Positions 12,444 to 25,299 of a DNA stretch of 64,000 bases are shown one piece after another. The DNA comes from Vicugna vicugna. Lineage: Eukaryota. The notes below the pieces were generated by a model. That model saw nothing but the letters and a program-made list of their open reading frames with translations. It did not search any database and was not told the origin of the DNA. The DNA lies in assembly GCA_013265495.1 (NCBI GenBank), contig MU058257.1, positions 62,001 to 126,000 on the forward strand, read 5' to 3'. The position numbers and the translations under genes are program-made. The first letter of the stretch is position 1. Every line of letters starts with the position of its first letter.

Positions 12444-12865
12444 TGTCATGGGGTGGGTTCCCTGGGAGGTAAGACTCTGAAATGAAGTTTATCCAGTTGT
12501 TGGTTTACTAAGGAGTTTTCTTGGTCCCAAATCTTAGAAAGGAGAAGGAAACAAGAGTGTAAGAAGGAAAAGCTGGGCTGTGCATGCCCTATACCAGTCT
12601 TGGCTGACCCCCTCGGGGAGATCTGGAGCAAGAATGGCTCTTTGGATTGTCCTGCATTGGGCCAAGATGGTCAAGTCTTCATACTTCTAATTGATCAATC
12701 ACTGGCTGTAGGCATCCCAGAAGGGTCATGACTTTTAATGAGAGAGCTCTTTACAGCAGAGGCAAGTGTGAAAGAGGCTGACAGCTGAAGGCTACTTGTT
12801 AACAGCACTCCTTGAAGCTGGGGCAACAAGTTTTTCACTGACAGGATCTGCTGTGCATCACAGTC
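12444..12865 (-). mobile_element. LTR16A-like ERVL solo LTR nested in L1
   Basis: tgtcatggggtgggttccctgggagg.aagactctga is the reverse of an LTR16 3' end; ggggagatctggagc core in reverse. Confidence 0.7.
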
Positions 12866-13359
12866 TGCTGGTCGCCATTGTTTCAGATACAAAGTCGGCC
12901 ATCACTTGTGTTATCGTTTCTCTTTATGTAATGTATGGTTTTATTTTCTCCTGGCTCCTTTCTCTTTGGATTTCAGTGGTTTGTCATGTGTTTAGCGTGA
13001 TTGTCTTAATATGTATTCTGCTTGTGGTTCACTGTCATCTTGGATCCATACGTTAGTGTTTTTACTAAATTTGGAAGTTTCCGGCCATTATTTCTTCAAA
13101 CATTTTTTTCTTCCCTCTTCTCTCTCTTTGCTCCATCTGGCACTCCAATCATACGTTATTAGACTGCTTAGTATTGTCCTACAGCTCTCTGAGGATCTAT
13201 TCATTTTCCTTCAATTGTCTTCTATTTCGTGAATTTGGACAATTTCCATTCACCTGTTCTCAAATTCACTGATTCCTGTGCAATCTTCAATCTGCCATTA
13301 ATCATAGCCAGTACGTTTTTCATTTTAGTTACTGTATTTTTTGTTTAGAATTTTGAGTT

Positions 13360-13690
13360 TGCTATAGACAATGTTTGTGTCCCCCGGAAAATCCACATGT
13401 TGAGATCCTAACCCTCAATATGATGGTGTTAGAAGGTGGGACCCCTGAGAAGTGATGAGGTCATGAAAGTGGAGCCCTCATCAATGGGATTTGTGCCCTT
13501 CTGACCCTGGAGAGCTCCTTCACTTTGTATATTATGTGAGGACACAGTGAGAAGACAGCTGTCAAGGGACAGGAAGTGGGCCTCACCAGACACCAGATCT
13601 GCCAATACATTGATCTTGGACTTTCCAGCTTCCAGAACCGTGAGAAATATATTTGCTGTTATGGTATTTTTGTGATAGCAGCCCTGGCAT
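13360..13690 (+). mobile_element. MLT1A/A0 MaLR LTR nested in L1
   Basis: tgctatag..tgtttgtgtccccc..catgttga...ccagcttccagaaccgtgagaaata...ggtatttttgtgatagcagcc. Confidence 0.85.
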
Positions 13691-15699
13691 GCTATATTGT
13701 GTTGCTAAGATTCTCTATCTCTTCATTCATTATGAGGATATTTTCCTGTAAGTCCTTGAATATATTTATAAGAGCTGCTTGGAAGTCCTTGTCTGCTAAG
13801 TACCACCTAAGGTTTGGTTTCCACTGAGTTTTTTTTTTTAATTACTTGCATAGGGATCACATTTTCCCATTTCTTTTCATGTTTAGTCATTTTTATTGTG
13901 TATAAACATTAGGAATGATACATTGTAGACTGAATTTTGTTATATTGCTCAGAAGAATGTGATTTCTGTTCTAGCAGGTTAATGATTTGGCTGGACTCAA
14001 ACTCCTAAGTCTGTCCCCTCTGTTTTGGGCTATATTTGAAATCTCTGCTCAGTTCTTTCAGTTACTAGCTGCCACTTTTCCACTGCATTTTTTGTGGTCT
14101 CCCCCACTTATACACATTTCAGTGGTCAGACAAGAAATGGAGCAGGGTTTATATGCAGTTTTGGGGGCTCACCATCTCTATAGCTCCCTCCCTTCTAGGA
14201 TATCCCCTGACCTTCCTAGCCACTCTTCCAGCCCTGAATTCTGTACTTTAACAATATCATCCAGTAAGGCTGCAGATTCATCCTGAGCTACCTACTGGAC
14301 TGGTGAGCATCTCTGGGAAAAAACTGTAAACTCAAAAATCACAAGGGCATAGTTCTGATCTTTTAAGTGTAGCCTTCTCTTCAATGTCTGCTTGCTTTTA
14401 GTCTCTGTCCAATATTTTCAACCAGATTTTATCATTATTATCCATGGGAAGGTTAGTCCAACCAAGCTAATCCACTATTTCCAGGAGCCAAATCCCCCCA
14501 TACAGCTATTTTGCTCCATACTGGAATCACACCCCATTCCCCAACCTATTTTTCTTTATTAGCATGACAGGAATTTTATTAAAATGTCCATCCTCTTCCC
14601 ACATATCTTCCTGATTCCTCTAGGTCAGCGCTATAACTCATTTCCCCTGCTTCAACGAAATGTTTAAGAAGGCTCATATATCAGTCAGGAAACTAGAAGC
14701 TACTCTTTGCAGGCAAGATATAAAGGGTTTTAATATAGGGAATTGGTGGTTTACCCAGGAAAAAAAAAAAAGGTCTAAGGAAGCAATGGTGAGATAAATC
14801 ACCACTGACCTCAACTTAAAGCTCTCAAAAGTCACCTTGAAGTTTCTCTGAGCATCACGTCTGCTCACAATTCTGGTTGTAACTGACTGGAGTGTTCTCT
14901 CCATAACTCTGGTTCAGGGGTGCCTCTCATCAGCACACTTCAGCCTGGAACCATATATGACAAAGGGGCTTCTGACAAATGTAGCTCTTGGCTTCTCCAC
15001 TTCAAAGCAAAGGCGACCTTAAAAGTGGTGTTGGTGACGCCAAGTCAACGACGGAGAGTCCAACTCAGAGCACGAGACCCAAAGTAGTCAAAGGCACAGG
15101 AGGGGAAGGAAGCTGGCGAGCTTCTGAGCATTTATTTGCTGACAAACTAAATAAAACTAGGACTCACAATAAGAACAGTCTCTCTTCTTCCACTGGATTT
15201 TTTTTCATGTGACTCTTGGAACCAAAGAACTGACTTCACAATCATGAGAGGAGCCAGCTGAGATGGAAGCAAACAGCATTTGAAGCTTGTCCAATCCGAA
15301 TTTCTTGTTATGTGAGAATAAGTGTTATTATTTAAATCATTTTCAACTTTTTCTTTACTTGTAACAGATGTGGCACATTACTTAGATCATGGAGGTAAAT
15401 CTCAGAAGAAACCATTTAAAGGAGTAAAACTGGGAGGCTTTAGGGAGCTGGACTGGGAGTAATGAGATGTGGTACAGGACACGTTGGTTTTTATTCTATG
15501 CCGTGTGCTATTTTACACTGTAAAGAAGATATATGCTACTTGGATGAAAAATTAAATTAGGAAAGGGACAGTCTGACAACTCATATCCATCTCTACATTG
15601 TGCTTTTCATGATTTTACTCTGATCTGTAGAGCAAAAAGAAATGGCAGCTAAGTGCAACAGATTAAATAAAGAATTCCAATTGTTGTTCCTTGCTCTTA

Positions 15700-16150
15700 T
15701 TTCAGGTAACCATTAACCCCAACTGCTTCCTAAGAAGAGCTTCCTAAGTGAACTCCATTCTCATTCCCCTTGATCTACTGTCATCACCAAAATAATCATT
15801 CCGAAGGGCAAATATGATCACATCCCTCTTCTGCTTAAAATCCTTAATTGGACTCATATTGTCTCTACAAGATCAAACCCAAGTTCCACAATGTGACAGC
15901 CAAGATTCTTCAGGATCTGGCCCCTGATGCTCTCTCATGTACACGTTCCAGCTATTCTGACAATTTTACTTTTCTTCAAACACTACATGTGCTCTCAGAC
16001 TTGCATGCCTTTACACACACTGTTTCTTTGGCTTGGAATGTCCTTCCTAATGAAACCCTTTCCAGCTACCTCTTCTGTGAAGATTTCTTACCTGGTCCTT
16101 CTACAACATTTTCTTCCAGGTACGTTTCCAAGACCTATAGCCTCCATCAG
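15700..16150 (+). mobile_element. L2 fragment
   Basis: aaatatgatcacatccctcttctgcttaaaatcctt...gatctggcccctg...tggcttggaatgtccttcc are L2 3'-region motifs. Confidence 0.65.
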
Positions 16151-16162
16151 CACAAATTATAT

Positions 16163-17005
16163 TACAGATCAAAAATCATTTACTGGGAAGTCTGAAATCC
16201 AGACAATCTATGAAAAATGAAAATATTTTTTGGTAACTCATTTGATGGCAAAAACTGAATCGAACTATTTGTATTTATAATCTCGATTTATTCCACTTTG
16301 TGTAACTAGTCATCAATTTTGTGGCAGAAATACTAAAGAGTTTCTCTAGAGTGAAGCCTCAGACCCGGCTGGTGGTATTGTCCCAGGGAGCATATGCACC
16401 TGTGGCTCATTCCAAAAATGGCTCCTGCTACATGTCTCATCCCACAAGTTCTAGAACTTTCGCTGCTCATAAGAGGTGAGTCTATTTCCTCTCTCCTTGA
16501 AAATGGGAATCATTTTATGATGGCCTTGATGAGTAAAAGCAGTGCTTGACCTCCAAGGCAAAGTCCTACAAGGTGATATGGCTTCTGCCCATTTTCTTCT
16601 CAAAATTCCCTCCTTGGAACCCAGCCGCCATGTTGTGAGGAAGCCTGGTCACATGGTGAGGCCACTTGTGGGTGTTCTGGCCCCCAACCCCAGCTAACAT
16701 CTCAGCTAGCATCAACCACTAACCAGCATTACTGCCAGGTACATGAGAGAGGGGTGCCTTCAGGTGATGCCTGCGCTTGGCGTTAAGGCGCCCCCACTTG
16801 GCTGAGTGGAGCAAAGACAAGCTGGTCCACCACCAACAAAACGCAGATTCATGAGAAAAATAAGTATTTTTGTTGTACTAGGGCATTCTGTTTTGGGGTA
16901 ATTGTTCTGCAGCCATAGTAACTGGAATCTCATCATACTGCTTTGCAAAGATGTGAAATATTCTGAATTCCAAAACCCATCAAAGGTTTCAGATACATAT
17001 ACTCT
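16163..17005 (+). mobile_element. MER46C-like Tigger MITE split by an MLT1 LTR
   Basis: tctgaaatccag...gtaactcatttgatggcaaaa...cagacccggctgg; resumes near 16930 with aatattctgaattccaaaac...aaggtttcagata. Confidence 0.6.
16401..16928 (+). mobile_element. MLT1G/H-like MaLR LTR
   Basis: tgtgg...aaaatggc...tggaacccagccgccatgttgtgaggaagcc...ttttggggtaattgttctgcagccatagtaactggaa. Confidence 0.8.
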
Positions 17006-17179
17006 AATTGTGAATGTATATATCAAATTTTCAATGGAGTTAAAAGTTTTTGAGAATGAGAACTAAGTCTGTTTATCTTGTTATTCTCAGAACCAGTGTC
17101 TAAGACTGGGTAGGTTCTCAAGGCATGTCTATTGAATTAATTTTAAATAAATGGGTAAATAAACAAATGAATAAATACA

Positions 17180-17610
17180 GTTCCAAACAAATGGTTATTT
17201 AAAAAATAGTTTTGTGGGAGACTATACTTTCATTCCACTCAATCCATTGCTCAAAAGTAATTTAGAATGACTTTTTTATAATTAATTTCAGATGGGGAGC
17301 TATACAAAAAGTTTCATGAATTTTGCCACCTTGTTTTTAATCCAAAAATGTGACCTATTACGATTACATACTTTATCCATCAAAGTATGTTCCAAGTTGT
17401 CCTTGGCTGTTTCCAAAAGTCAGACGCATCAATAAGGTTGACGATTTTCCATTACTGAGAATAATTGAAATAATTTGACATAAACTCTGAAGGTAATTCC
17501 AAAACAGAGCGCCCAGTGTTTTTGAACAATGCGTGTTCAAATGCAATGCAGTAGAATGATGCCTGAATGCAAAGATTTCAACATCCACGTTGACCACTTG
17601 GGGGAAAAAA
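17180..17610 (+). mobile_element. Ancient mariner remnant (MARNA-like)
   Basis: tggctgtttccaaaa...ctgaaggtaattccaaaa...tgtttttgaacaatg resembles a decayed mariner transposase 3' part. Confidence 0.55.
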
Positions 17611-18853
17611 TCCTATTAATTTGGAGTATAATTTCTACTTTGCCTGATAAAAATATGTTTATCTCATGGTCACACATGATGCCACACATATATTTGATGG
17701 AAAAGGGAGGAAAGGAAGTAAAGAAGAAATCCACAAGGTCATGAAGGCATGAATAGATGATGTCAATTTATTTTGTAATGTTCCTGCTGAGAATAACTGT
17801 TTTAGCTCTTCCCAGGAAATGTTACAAAGATGGAATAAATGAGACACTAGTTTTACCGTTTTGCTGCCCAGCATTTGATCAGAATGTAAGGGATCCTTCC
17901 TGCTTGGCTCTTCCTCTTTCCTCACCTTGTATGAAACAGCAGAAGCCAGGGTGTACGCAGGTGTATTTGAGGAAACATCACAGTGATAGCAAAAGGGATT
18001 AGATAAATATAAATATTAACCACATGGTCTCAAAAAAAATGCGAAAAGGGGGGCAAATCTTACAACCCAGAGCAAAACTTCTTGGAAGTCTTCTCTTTCT
18101 TTCTCCTCTCTGATAGCTCACTGGGCCCAGCAGGAACATGGCCTCCAGACCCCCTTCTTCCTACACCTCCTGTCCCCCTTCCCTATCTCTCTCATATGAC
18201 CCCTTCCACACAAGTACCGCATTCTTCTTCTTCTGTCCTACCGATCTCATCTCCTGAATCTGTTCCTTTCTCATTTTGCCACTTTCTGAGATCACTGGAA
18301 GTGGCCTTGGCTGCCTTTAATTTCCTCCCTCCCCCGTTAACCTGGTGCAGCACAATCCTGGGACTGGGACACAGCGTAGGCCAAGACAGAATTCTCCTTG
18401 CCAAGGAGAAAGGGGAGAGGGTGTGAATCCTCAAATATTAATTTGTTTTCCTGTCATACCAACATCTTACAGGCAGAATTACATTTCACTGCACAGGAGT
18501 GGCAGGATGGGTAACCTTAACCAGAGATACTGTTAGGACATCATAAGGTACAACGTGGCCTGGCTACAGAGTCCAGGTGAACAGTGCAGAAACCACATAT
18601 TCACTGATATAGATTGCTGTTGCCCTGCTAGGGGCTAGTTAAGTTGATATTGATTTAAACGGATGGGTAACTAGTCCCATGAGGAGCAATCTCATGCCTT
18701 AGGACCCTTTTCTAAGCCTACAAGGGTATTTAAAGCTCCAGAAAATGCCAATCCTATAGCCCTGCTCCCCTCCCCCCGAGACTCTGAACCCTGGGGGAAG
18801 TTCTGAGGTTTGAAGGGTGGAGAACCTGTATGAGCAGAAATTCCTGTTTATAA

Positions 18854-19061
18854 TAGGGTTGCCAAATAAAATATAGGACACCCAGTCAGATTTGAATTTC
18901 ACGTAAAGAATGAATAATTTCTCAGTATAGGTATGTCCCTCAATATTGACGGGATATACTTATAATTTATTTAAAAATGTGTTCATCCTTATGCAAAATT
19001 CAAATTTAACTGGGTGTTCCTGTTTGATTATTTGTACCCGCTCCTAGATCTGGTAACCCTA
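18854..19061. mobile_element. MER53 hAT MITE
   Basis: Terminal inverted repeats tagggttgcca / tggtaacccta, plus internal inverted ggacacccag..tttgaattt / aaattcaaatttaactgggtgttcc. Confidence 0.85.
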
Positions 19062-20417
19062 ACTGATGACAATCAACCAGGAGTGAAAATCTTAGGCTTA
19101 AAAATGAGAATTCTTAGGTATATACTACCTCTTGAGTTGCCCACAAGCAAATGTACCTAAAACATCAAAATATCAAAAAAGCAGGCTCTGAAAACGTCAA
19201 GATAGGTGGAGGCAGTCTGCAGCATTAAGATGCTTAAGTAGCTTGAAATGCTTTATTGGTGTCCTACAGACAGAGACTAAGTCAGCTTGTCCTTAAAGAG
19301 TATATGGTGTTGTAACCACATGAAAATTTTCATGTCAGCACAACTTATATGGATGACCTCAAAGTCTCTTCTCTTCCTGGAAAGGGAGTTGGGGATTTCA
19401 AAGCAAAGTGCTTCTAGGGATATTTACAAATCTGAAGGAAGTTCATATTGCCAAATTAAGAGACGATATAGATCAAAGATGCTACAATAAAATGTAACTA
19501 CACTGACCTGGAAAACTTAAAGAGGGCAGACATCAGCCAAAATGCTCAAAAAAAAAAAAAAAGATATATTTTTTTCTTGAAAAATACTAATTTCAAATTG
19601 AATAGAAAAGTGAAAATTTGAAGTGCTAAATACATCAAGCGAATTCCTCCTTTCTTATTTTCAATCCTGATCATTCATTAAAAAAGAAAAGAAAAAAAAA
19701 AGGAATCTCACCCTAATTCTTCAGAGAATGAAATTTTCAGTGTCACTTCATCAGGCTGAATCATTATTTTAAAAGCAGATATGGGATATATTTTTATGTA
19801 ATTATAAACTATTTCAGTTAAATTAGTAAAAATTATTAGACTTGTATAGATGTATCTATACAGATTATTAATTACTAATAAATTATGAAACCATAAGAAT
19901 CACCAAATCACCCAAGTCTCATAGCAGATATCCAATATATTTGTTTTGCTTTGCTGTTTTTAAAAATTAAATTACTCCCATTAGATACAGATGTCATCCT
20001 AGCATGCTTGAGCAAAGGTTTAACTACAAAAGACTTCACGGATGAAATGAGTCCCTTTGCCCCTCCCTCCGCTTCCCGCGGGAAGATAGAACAGGGCATG
20101 CGCTAGTCGGGGGAAGCGGGAGCTATGGAAGGTTACCAGTGCTATGAAGCTTCCTGCACCTACAGCTATTGTCTGAATAGTATGGGGACTCCTGGGTAAG
20201 CCAGAGTCAAGAAGATTAGGCAGAACAGGGAACAGGAAGAGGTATTCCGAGCACGTGCGAGGAGTGGAACATAAGGACGCTTCAGGTAAGGGCACAGGCA
20301 GTGACAGGTTAAGATCGTGCTGTCTCTGGCCCCTCTGAAGCAGCTCAAAAAACGGTCTTGCACGATCAGCTCTCTGTTAGAAAGGGATACTGTTCTGCTA
20401 AAATAGGACTTCAGAGT

Positions 20418-21383
20418 TGTGATGGGTAATTTTGTGTGTCAGTTTGACTGGGCCATCAGGTGCTCAGATTGAACGTTATTTCTGGGTATGTCAGTGAGGG
20501 CGTTCCCGGATGAGATTAGCAGTTGAATCAGCAGTCTCAGTAGATGGCCGTCCCCGGGTAGGGTGGGCATCGCCCAATCCATTAAAGGCCTGAACAGAAC
20601 AAAAAGGAAGGAGGAATTTGCCCCTTTTGCTTCCACCTGTTTGCTTGAGCTGGAACATCAGCCTTCTCCTGACCTTGGATTGGGATTTACACCATCCGTT
20701 CTGCTGCTTCTCAGGTCTTTGGACTCATACTGGAATCACACCACCAGCTTCCTAGTCTCCAGCTTGCAGATGCAGATCCTGGGACTTTCTCAGCCTTTGT
20801 AATTACCTGAGCCAATTCCTCAAATAAATCTCTTTATCTATGTGTGTATTTTTAACCTAAAACAATGAAACAGCGGATTATTTTACCAGCCAAATGGGTT
20901 TATTCTGCAGCAGCAAAGAATTGCAGTTTGGGGCATACAACAGTAGGGAACCACCTGCAAGTCTGGTAAAACAAAGGAGAGGAACATTTTTTTACAGAGG
21001 AGAAGGGAGAGTTAAGAGTAGCTATTTTGAGCAGAGTCCATTGGCGGAAACTGGGAGTTAACTGTACAGTGGCTTTTCATTGGCTGAGTAGTGAGAGTCT
21101 CTGATTGGCTAAGCTGTTGCCAGGCAGGGAGAAAATCTTTCTCCTCCTGCTGGCAGGAGTAAAGTAGTGCCACTTCCTGCCTGAGATGCACAGTGTGTCT
21201 CTCCCTGTTGGGATCTGCACTGACCTCAAGTGGTCCGTGCGTGAGAGCTGCCGCTCCTACCTCCCAACTCCGTTTTGGTGACACTTCCCTAATTTTCACA
21301 GTTATGGATATGTACACATATGTGTACATCCATATCTTTGTATCTCCTCTCTTGGCTCTGTTTCTCTGGAGACCACTAATACA
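20418..21383 (+). mobile_element. MLT2 (MLT2D-like) ERVL LTR, interrupted by another LTR
   Basis: tgtgatgggtaattttgtgtgtcagtttgactgggcc start; ...ggctctgtttctctggagaccactaataca end. Confidence 0.85.
20850..21300 (-). mobile_element. ERV1-type solo LTR nested in MLT2
   Basis: Minus strand starts TGTGAAAATTAG and carries three CCAAT boxes, a TATA-like TGTAAAA and AATAAA in LTR order; about 450 bp. Confidence 0.7.
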
Positions 21384-22796
21384 AGAGTAAAGACAAGCCC
21401 ATTAAGCATCACAGCGGGAAATGAAACCATACTTACCAACCCCGAGACCTCCTCCGGCACATCCTCCCTCCCCACCTGCAGTCACCTGCCATCTGGATTC
21501 CATTTCCGCATTTAGGGAGTGACACCCATATAAAGACAGCCACTCTTTCTCATTTTAGCAGCTAACCAAACTGTGCACTCGCTGAAGGCAGGAGCAGCCT
21601 CTCAGATCTGTATTTCCTATGGGGCATAAAACCTAGAAGCAGGTGCTTTGTACACAGATAGGCGCTTCAGTGAATTCATGAGCACAGTCTCCAAACTGCT
21701 AACATTTAAAAACACTAATTAGTATTATGTTATTAATCTCCAAACTCAAACAAGATTGAATCACATAGAGACCATCCTGCCTTTATGGTCCTCCCTCAGA
21801 CTCCTTCAGGATGAGATGGAGGAAGCACTAGGTCAGGGGAATCGAGAACAGATTGCAGACCCTGGAGGTATCACTGTGGCTTTACTAAACCCTGATTCAT
21901 TCAATTAGCCGACAGAAAATGAATGGAAGTCCTGTCAGCATGTTATGCACACTGGGGAAAAGAACAAATGAAATCATGTTGACAAAATCTGTCTCTTTCC
22001 TGCAGAATTTGTTCATTTGATCTTTATCCCAAACCGTCTTTGACATCATTAAACAGAGGTTGAAAACTGAACATATGAAACACACAAAAGCCCATTAGAT
22101 TATCTAGCCTACATTTTGGGCCACATATACAATTACACGTTCCCTATAGAAATTTTCTAGAGCTTTGTTTACTCCATTTCCATAGACTTCCTCTAAATGT
22201 TCTTAAATCTTTTTCTAAAGAACTTATTCCAGTCAGGGACATCTTTGACACCTGACAGTTATTCTGAAATTTCTATTTCAATTTGTCTTATTTAAATTTT
22301 GCCCCATCACTTCTACTTACACCCTTTTCCCATCACCATACTGTAGATAGTTTTCAAATTCCCCTTTAGGCATAATTTAACCATGCTTCACACATTAACT
22401 TGAGTAGACAGTATATGGTATAAATTACAGAAAACAGCGATGTGTGAAGACATTCTGTGGTGAATAAATTAAAGCATTAATTTCAGACACATCAAACCAA
22501 CACTTTTAAAATTTGTGGTTCCTGTGATTTTCAGACCTGTTTCTAAGGTCTTTGGAATGGGTGAATTAAATAGAAGAGATTAGTCTAAAACTTCTACTTT
22601 TATTTCATAGGAGGGAGATTAGCCATTCCCATGAATATTTAAAAGAGGAAGATTTTTTAAAAAGAGAACTTAACACAGAAGACCTACTCAGATTTAAGGA
22701 GATGTTGACATTCAGACATACAGCTGAAAAAGACTGGGTTCAGCGACTCACCAGACATCACCACTGCCAACCTGGCAGTTAAGGGAATTACAACCA

Positions 22797-22798
<2 letters not shown>

Positions 22799-22834
<36 letters not shown>
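22799..22834. repeat. (AC)18 microsatellite
   Basis: Perfect dinucleotide run. Confidence 0.98.
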
Positions 22835-22836
<2 letters not shown>

Positions 22837-22884
22837 CTTTTTAAGGAGACTTGAGAAAAAGGATCAAGTTTATTCTTGCTCCCA

Positions 22885-23080
22885 GTTTCTTTATTCTTTA
22901 CAGTGCTTATCACTTACACCATATTTTCATTTATTTTGTTTATGGCCTCACTCCCCCAGCCCCACCTAGAATTTAAGGTCTGTGAGGGCAGAAATTTTAC
23001 TTTGTTTTGTCTTGTTCACTTCCATATCCCCAGAGCCTAGATACTGCCTGACGCATAGGAGGCTGTTAATAAATATTGAA
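22885..23080 (+). mobile_element. L2 3' end
   Basis: ctagaatttaaggtctgtgagggcag...cttgttcact..atatccccagagcctag...aataaatattgaa. Confidence 0.8.
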
Positions 23081-23554
23081 GAAGCGCATTTATTTGGCAC
23101 TGATTTCTCTAGTTAAGGAATCAAATAGAAAGATCCCAGGCATACTTCTCTGCTAAAAAGAGCCACTCCCCGCCCCCCCCCCAATCAATACAGAATGAGA
23201 AAAAGTTCTTCAAATTCCTAAAGATGGGAATAGTGTTAGGTAGAGGTAGTAGTGTTATCCCTCAAAATATAACCAGGAAGCATCTAAAATCTGACCATTT
23301 AACTAAGGTCCCAAAGATGAGGTTCATGAAGGAGAGGCCACAGCCTATTTTCCTCCTGGTATCAGCTCCCGGCATGGGCCTGGGATGAGGCAATATACAA
23401 GCACCAGTTGGAAAGGCTGACCTCCACTGAGTTAGCCTCTGGTCTGAGCACTTGCGTGCTGTAATTCATTTGCTTTCAGCAATCATTCTGTGTAGAGGGT
23501 ACAGCTCTTAGATCCAGTTTCCAGAAGAAGAACATGGGGCATAGAAGTTAAGTA

Positions 23555-23995
23555 ACTGCCAGTTAGCAATGTTTTATCTCTCAGCTCCAAACCCACCCTT
23601 CTTGGAACTGGAGCTGGCGGGTAATGCGCAGCCACGTCAACAGAGGGCACCAGAGGGATGCTGCGAGGCCGCAGCCCCGGAAGACCCTCCTCCAAGGCTG
23701 GCTGTCCTCCAGCGTGGGAGCTGGAGTGGCCAGCCTGGAGGAGTCCAGCTGCATTGCACTACAGTGTCCTCCCTCGTAGCTGTTTCTGCAGACCAGCGCT
23801 GGCCCCACCTTCTGGAATGTCTTTCCCCACCAGCAGGCTACATGTTCACGAAGCAGCCATGCTCCTGACTGAAGGGGACTGACTCCCCAGCCTTGGGGTA
23901 ACCCCTTGGATTCTTTTTACCCTGGTTAGTAGTTAAACTCCTACTAGTTAACAATTCTTTACATTCAACTGTCCCTAGATACAGTGCTGGGAGGG
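23555..23995 (+). mobile_element. LTR33-like ERVL solo LTR
   Basis: tctcagctccaaacccacccttc...caacagagggcaccagagggatgctgc...taacaattcttttacattcaact. Confidence 0.7.
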
Positions 23996-24513
23996 GACTA
24001 TATTATATACCAGACCCCAAACTGCCCAAGATCGTGCCACTAGGAAGCAATCAAGCTGGGCTTCAAATCCAGGACATCTGATAACACAGGACACACTCCA
24101 AACTTTGATGGGACATTGTCTCACATGTTTGGGATAAAATCCAGGTTAACTTCCCCTATGGTCTGGACACTCCTAACACCACAGGAAGTATTCCCTTATC
24201 TGGGAATTCCATTTGATGGCAAAAATGACAATTGTTACACATGAATAAGGTACTCAGTTGCATCTCCTCATGGACTAAAACCACTTGACCATAAATTTTA
24301 ACATTTCAAATCACTTTCACAAGCAGGATTTTACCCAAGCGACTTTGTACAGGTGAGAAGGTATATTTGTTATCTCTACAGATATAGAAATGGAGGCCCA
24401 CAGACATCAAACATTCACATGGGTAGTTGTACTCAAGTCTCCCAACTCCCAGCCAGGACTTTATCTATAATATCACTGTCTTGCCTTGAAGCTTAGTTAC
24501 CCTGGAGTCAATC

Positions 24514-25000
24514 TGATAGGGACACTGAAAAATGGATCCCGCAAAGATCCACATCCTCATCTTTGGAGCCTGTGAATATGACCTTATACAGAAAAAGAGT
24601 CTTTGCTGATATGGTTAAGGATCGTAAGAGGCAAAGACTATCCTGGATAATCAGGGTGGCTCTAAATGCCATCATAAGAGTCCTTATAAGAGACGGGCAG
24701 AGTGAGATGTCACATACAGAGGAGAGGCTGTCGTGAAGACAGGGGCAGAGACCGGAGTGATGTGGCCACAAGCAAAGGGACGCCTGCAGCCTCCAGAAGC
24801 TGGAAGAGGCAAAACATGAGAAGATGCAAAGAATGCATGCACCCCAGAGCCTCTGGAGGGATCACAGCCCTGCCGCCACCAGAATTTTAGCCCAGTGAGA
24901 CTGACTTCCAGCCTCCAGAACTGTGAGAGAATAAACTCCTGGGATTTTAAGCCACTGAGTTTGTGGCAGTTTGTGACAGCGGCCTCAGGAAACAAATACA
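24514..25000 (+). mobile_element. MLT1C/D MaLR LTR
   Basis: aaagatccacatcct...cctgtgaatatgacctta...ccagaagctggaagaggcaa...cctccagaactgtgagagaataaa...ggaaacaaataca. Confidence 0.88.
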
Positions 25001-25070
25001 TGAACAAATGCAAGTTTAAAAGTATGCAGACAAAAACCAATTTCTTAACATGACATAAAAAAAATCTATG

Positions 25071-25290
25071 CGGCTGACCCAGACAACACTGATTTGAACT
25101 GGGTGGGTCCACTCACACTAGGATTTTTTTCAATAGTAAACACAACAGTAGTGAATGACCCACGGCTGGATGAATCCTTGGATATGGAACCTCACATGTG
25201 GAGGAATCACGTATACGGAAGTTATATTTGGCTTTTTAATTGTGCCAAGGGTCAGCACACCTAATGCCTGCGTTGTGTAAGGGTCAAGTG
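25071..25290 (+). mobile_element. Tigger2-derived MITE (MER8-like)
   Basis: Degenerate terminal inverted repeats cggctgaccc..acaacac / gttgtgtaagggtcaagtg followed by TA. Confidence 0.75.
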
Positions 25291-25299
25291 TAAACCCAC

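Larger units (their letters stand above)
9790..14500 (-). mobile_element. Cluster of old L1M fragments (ORF2, 3' UTR, ORF1/5' pieces) with nested LTRs
   Basis: T-rich strand with antisense L1 motifs, e.g. tattaggtacatacacatttaggattgctatgtct, ccaccagcaatttgtgagagttc, ccattatttcttcaaa. Confidence 0.8.
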
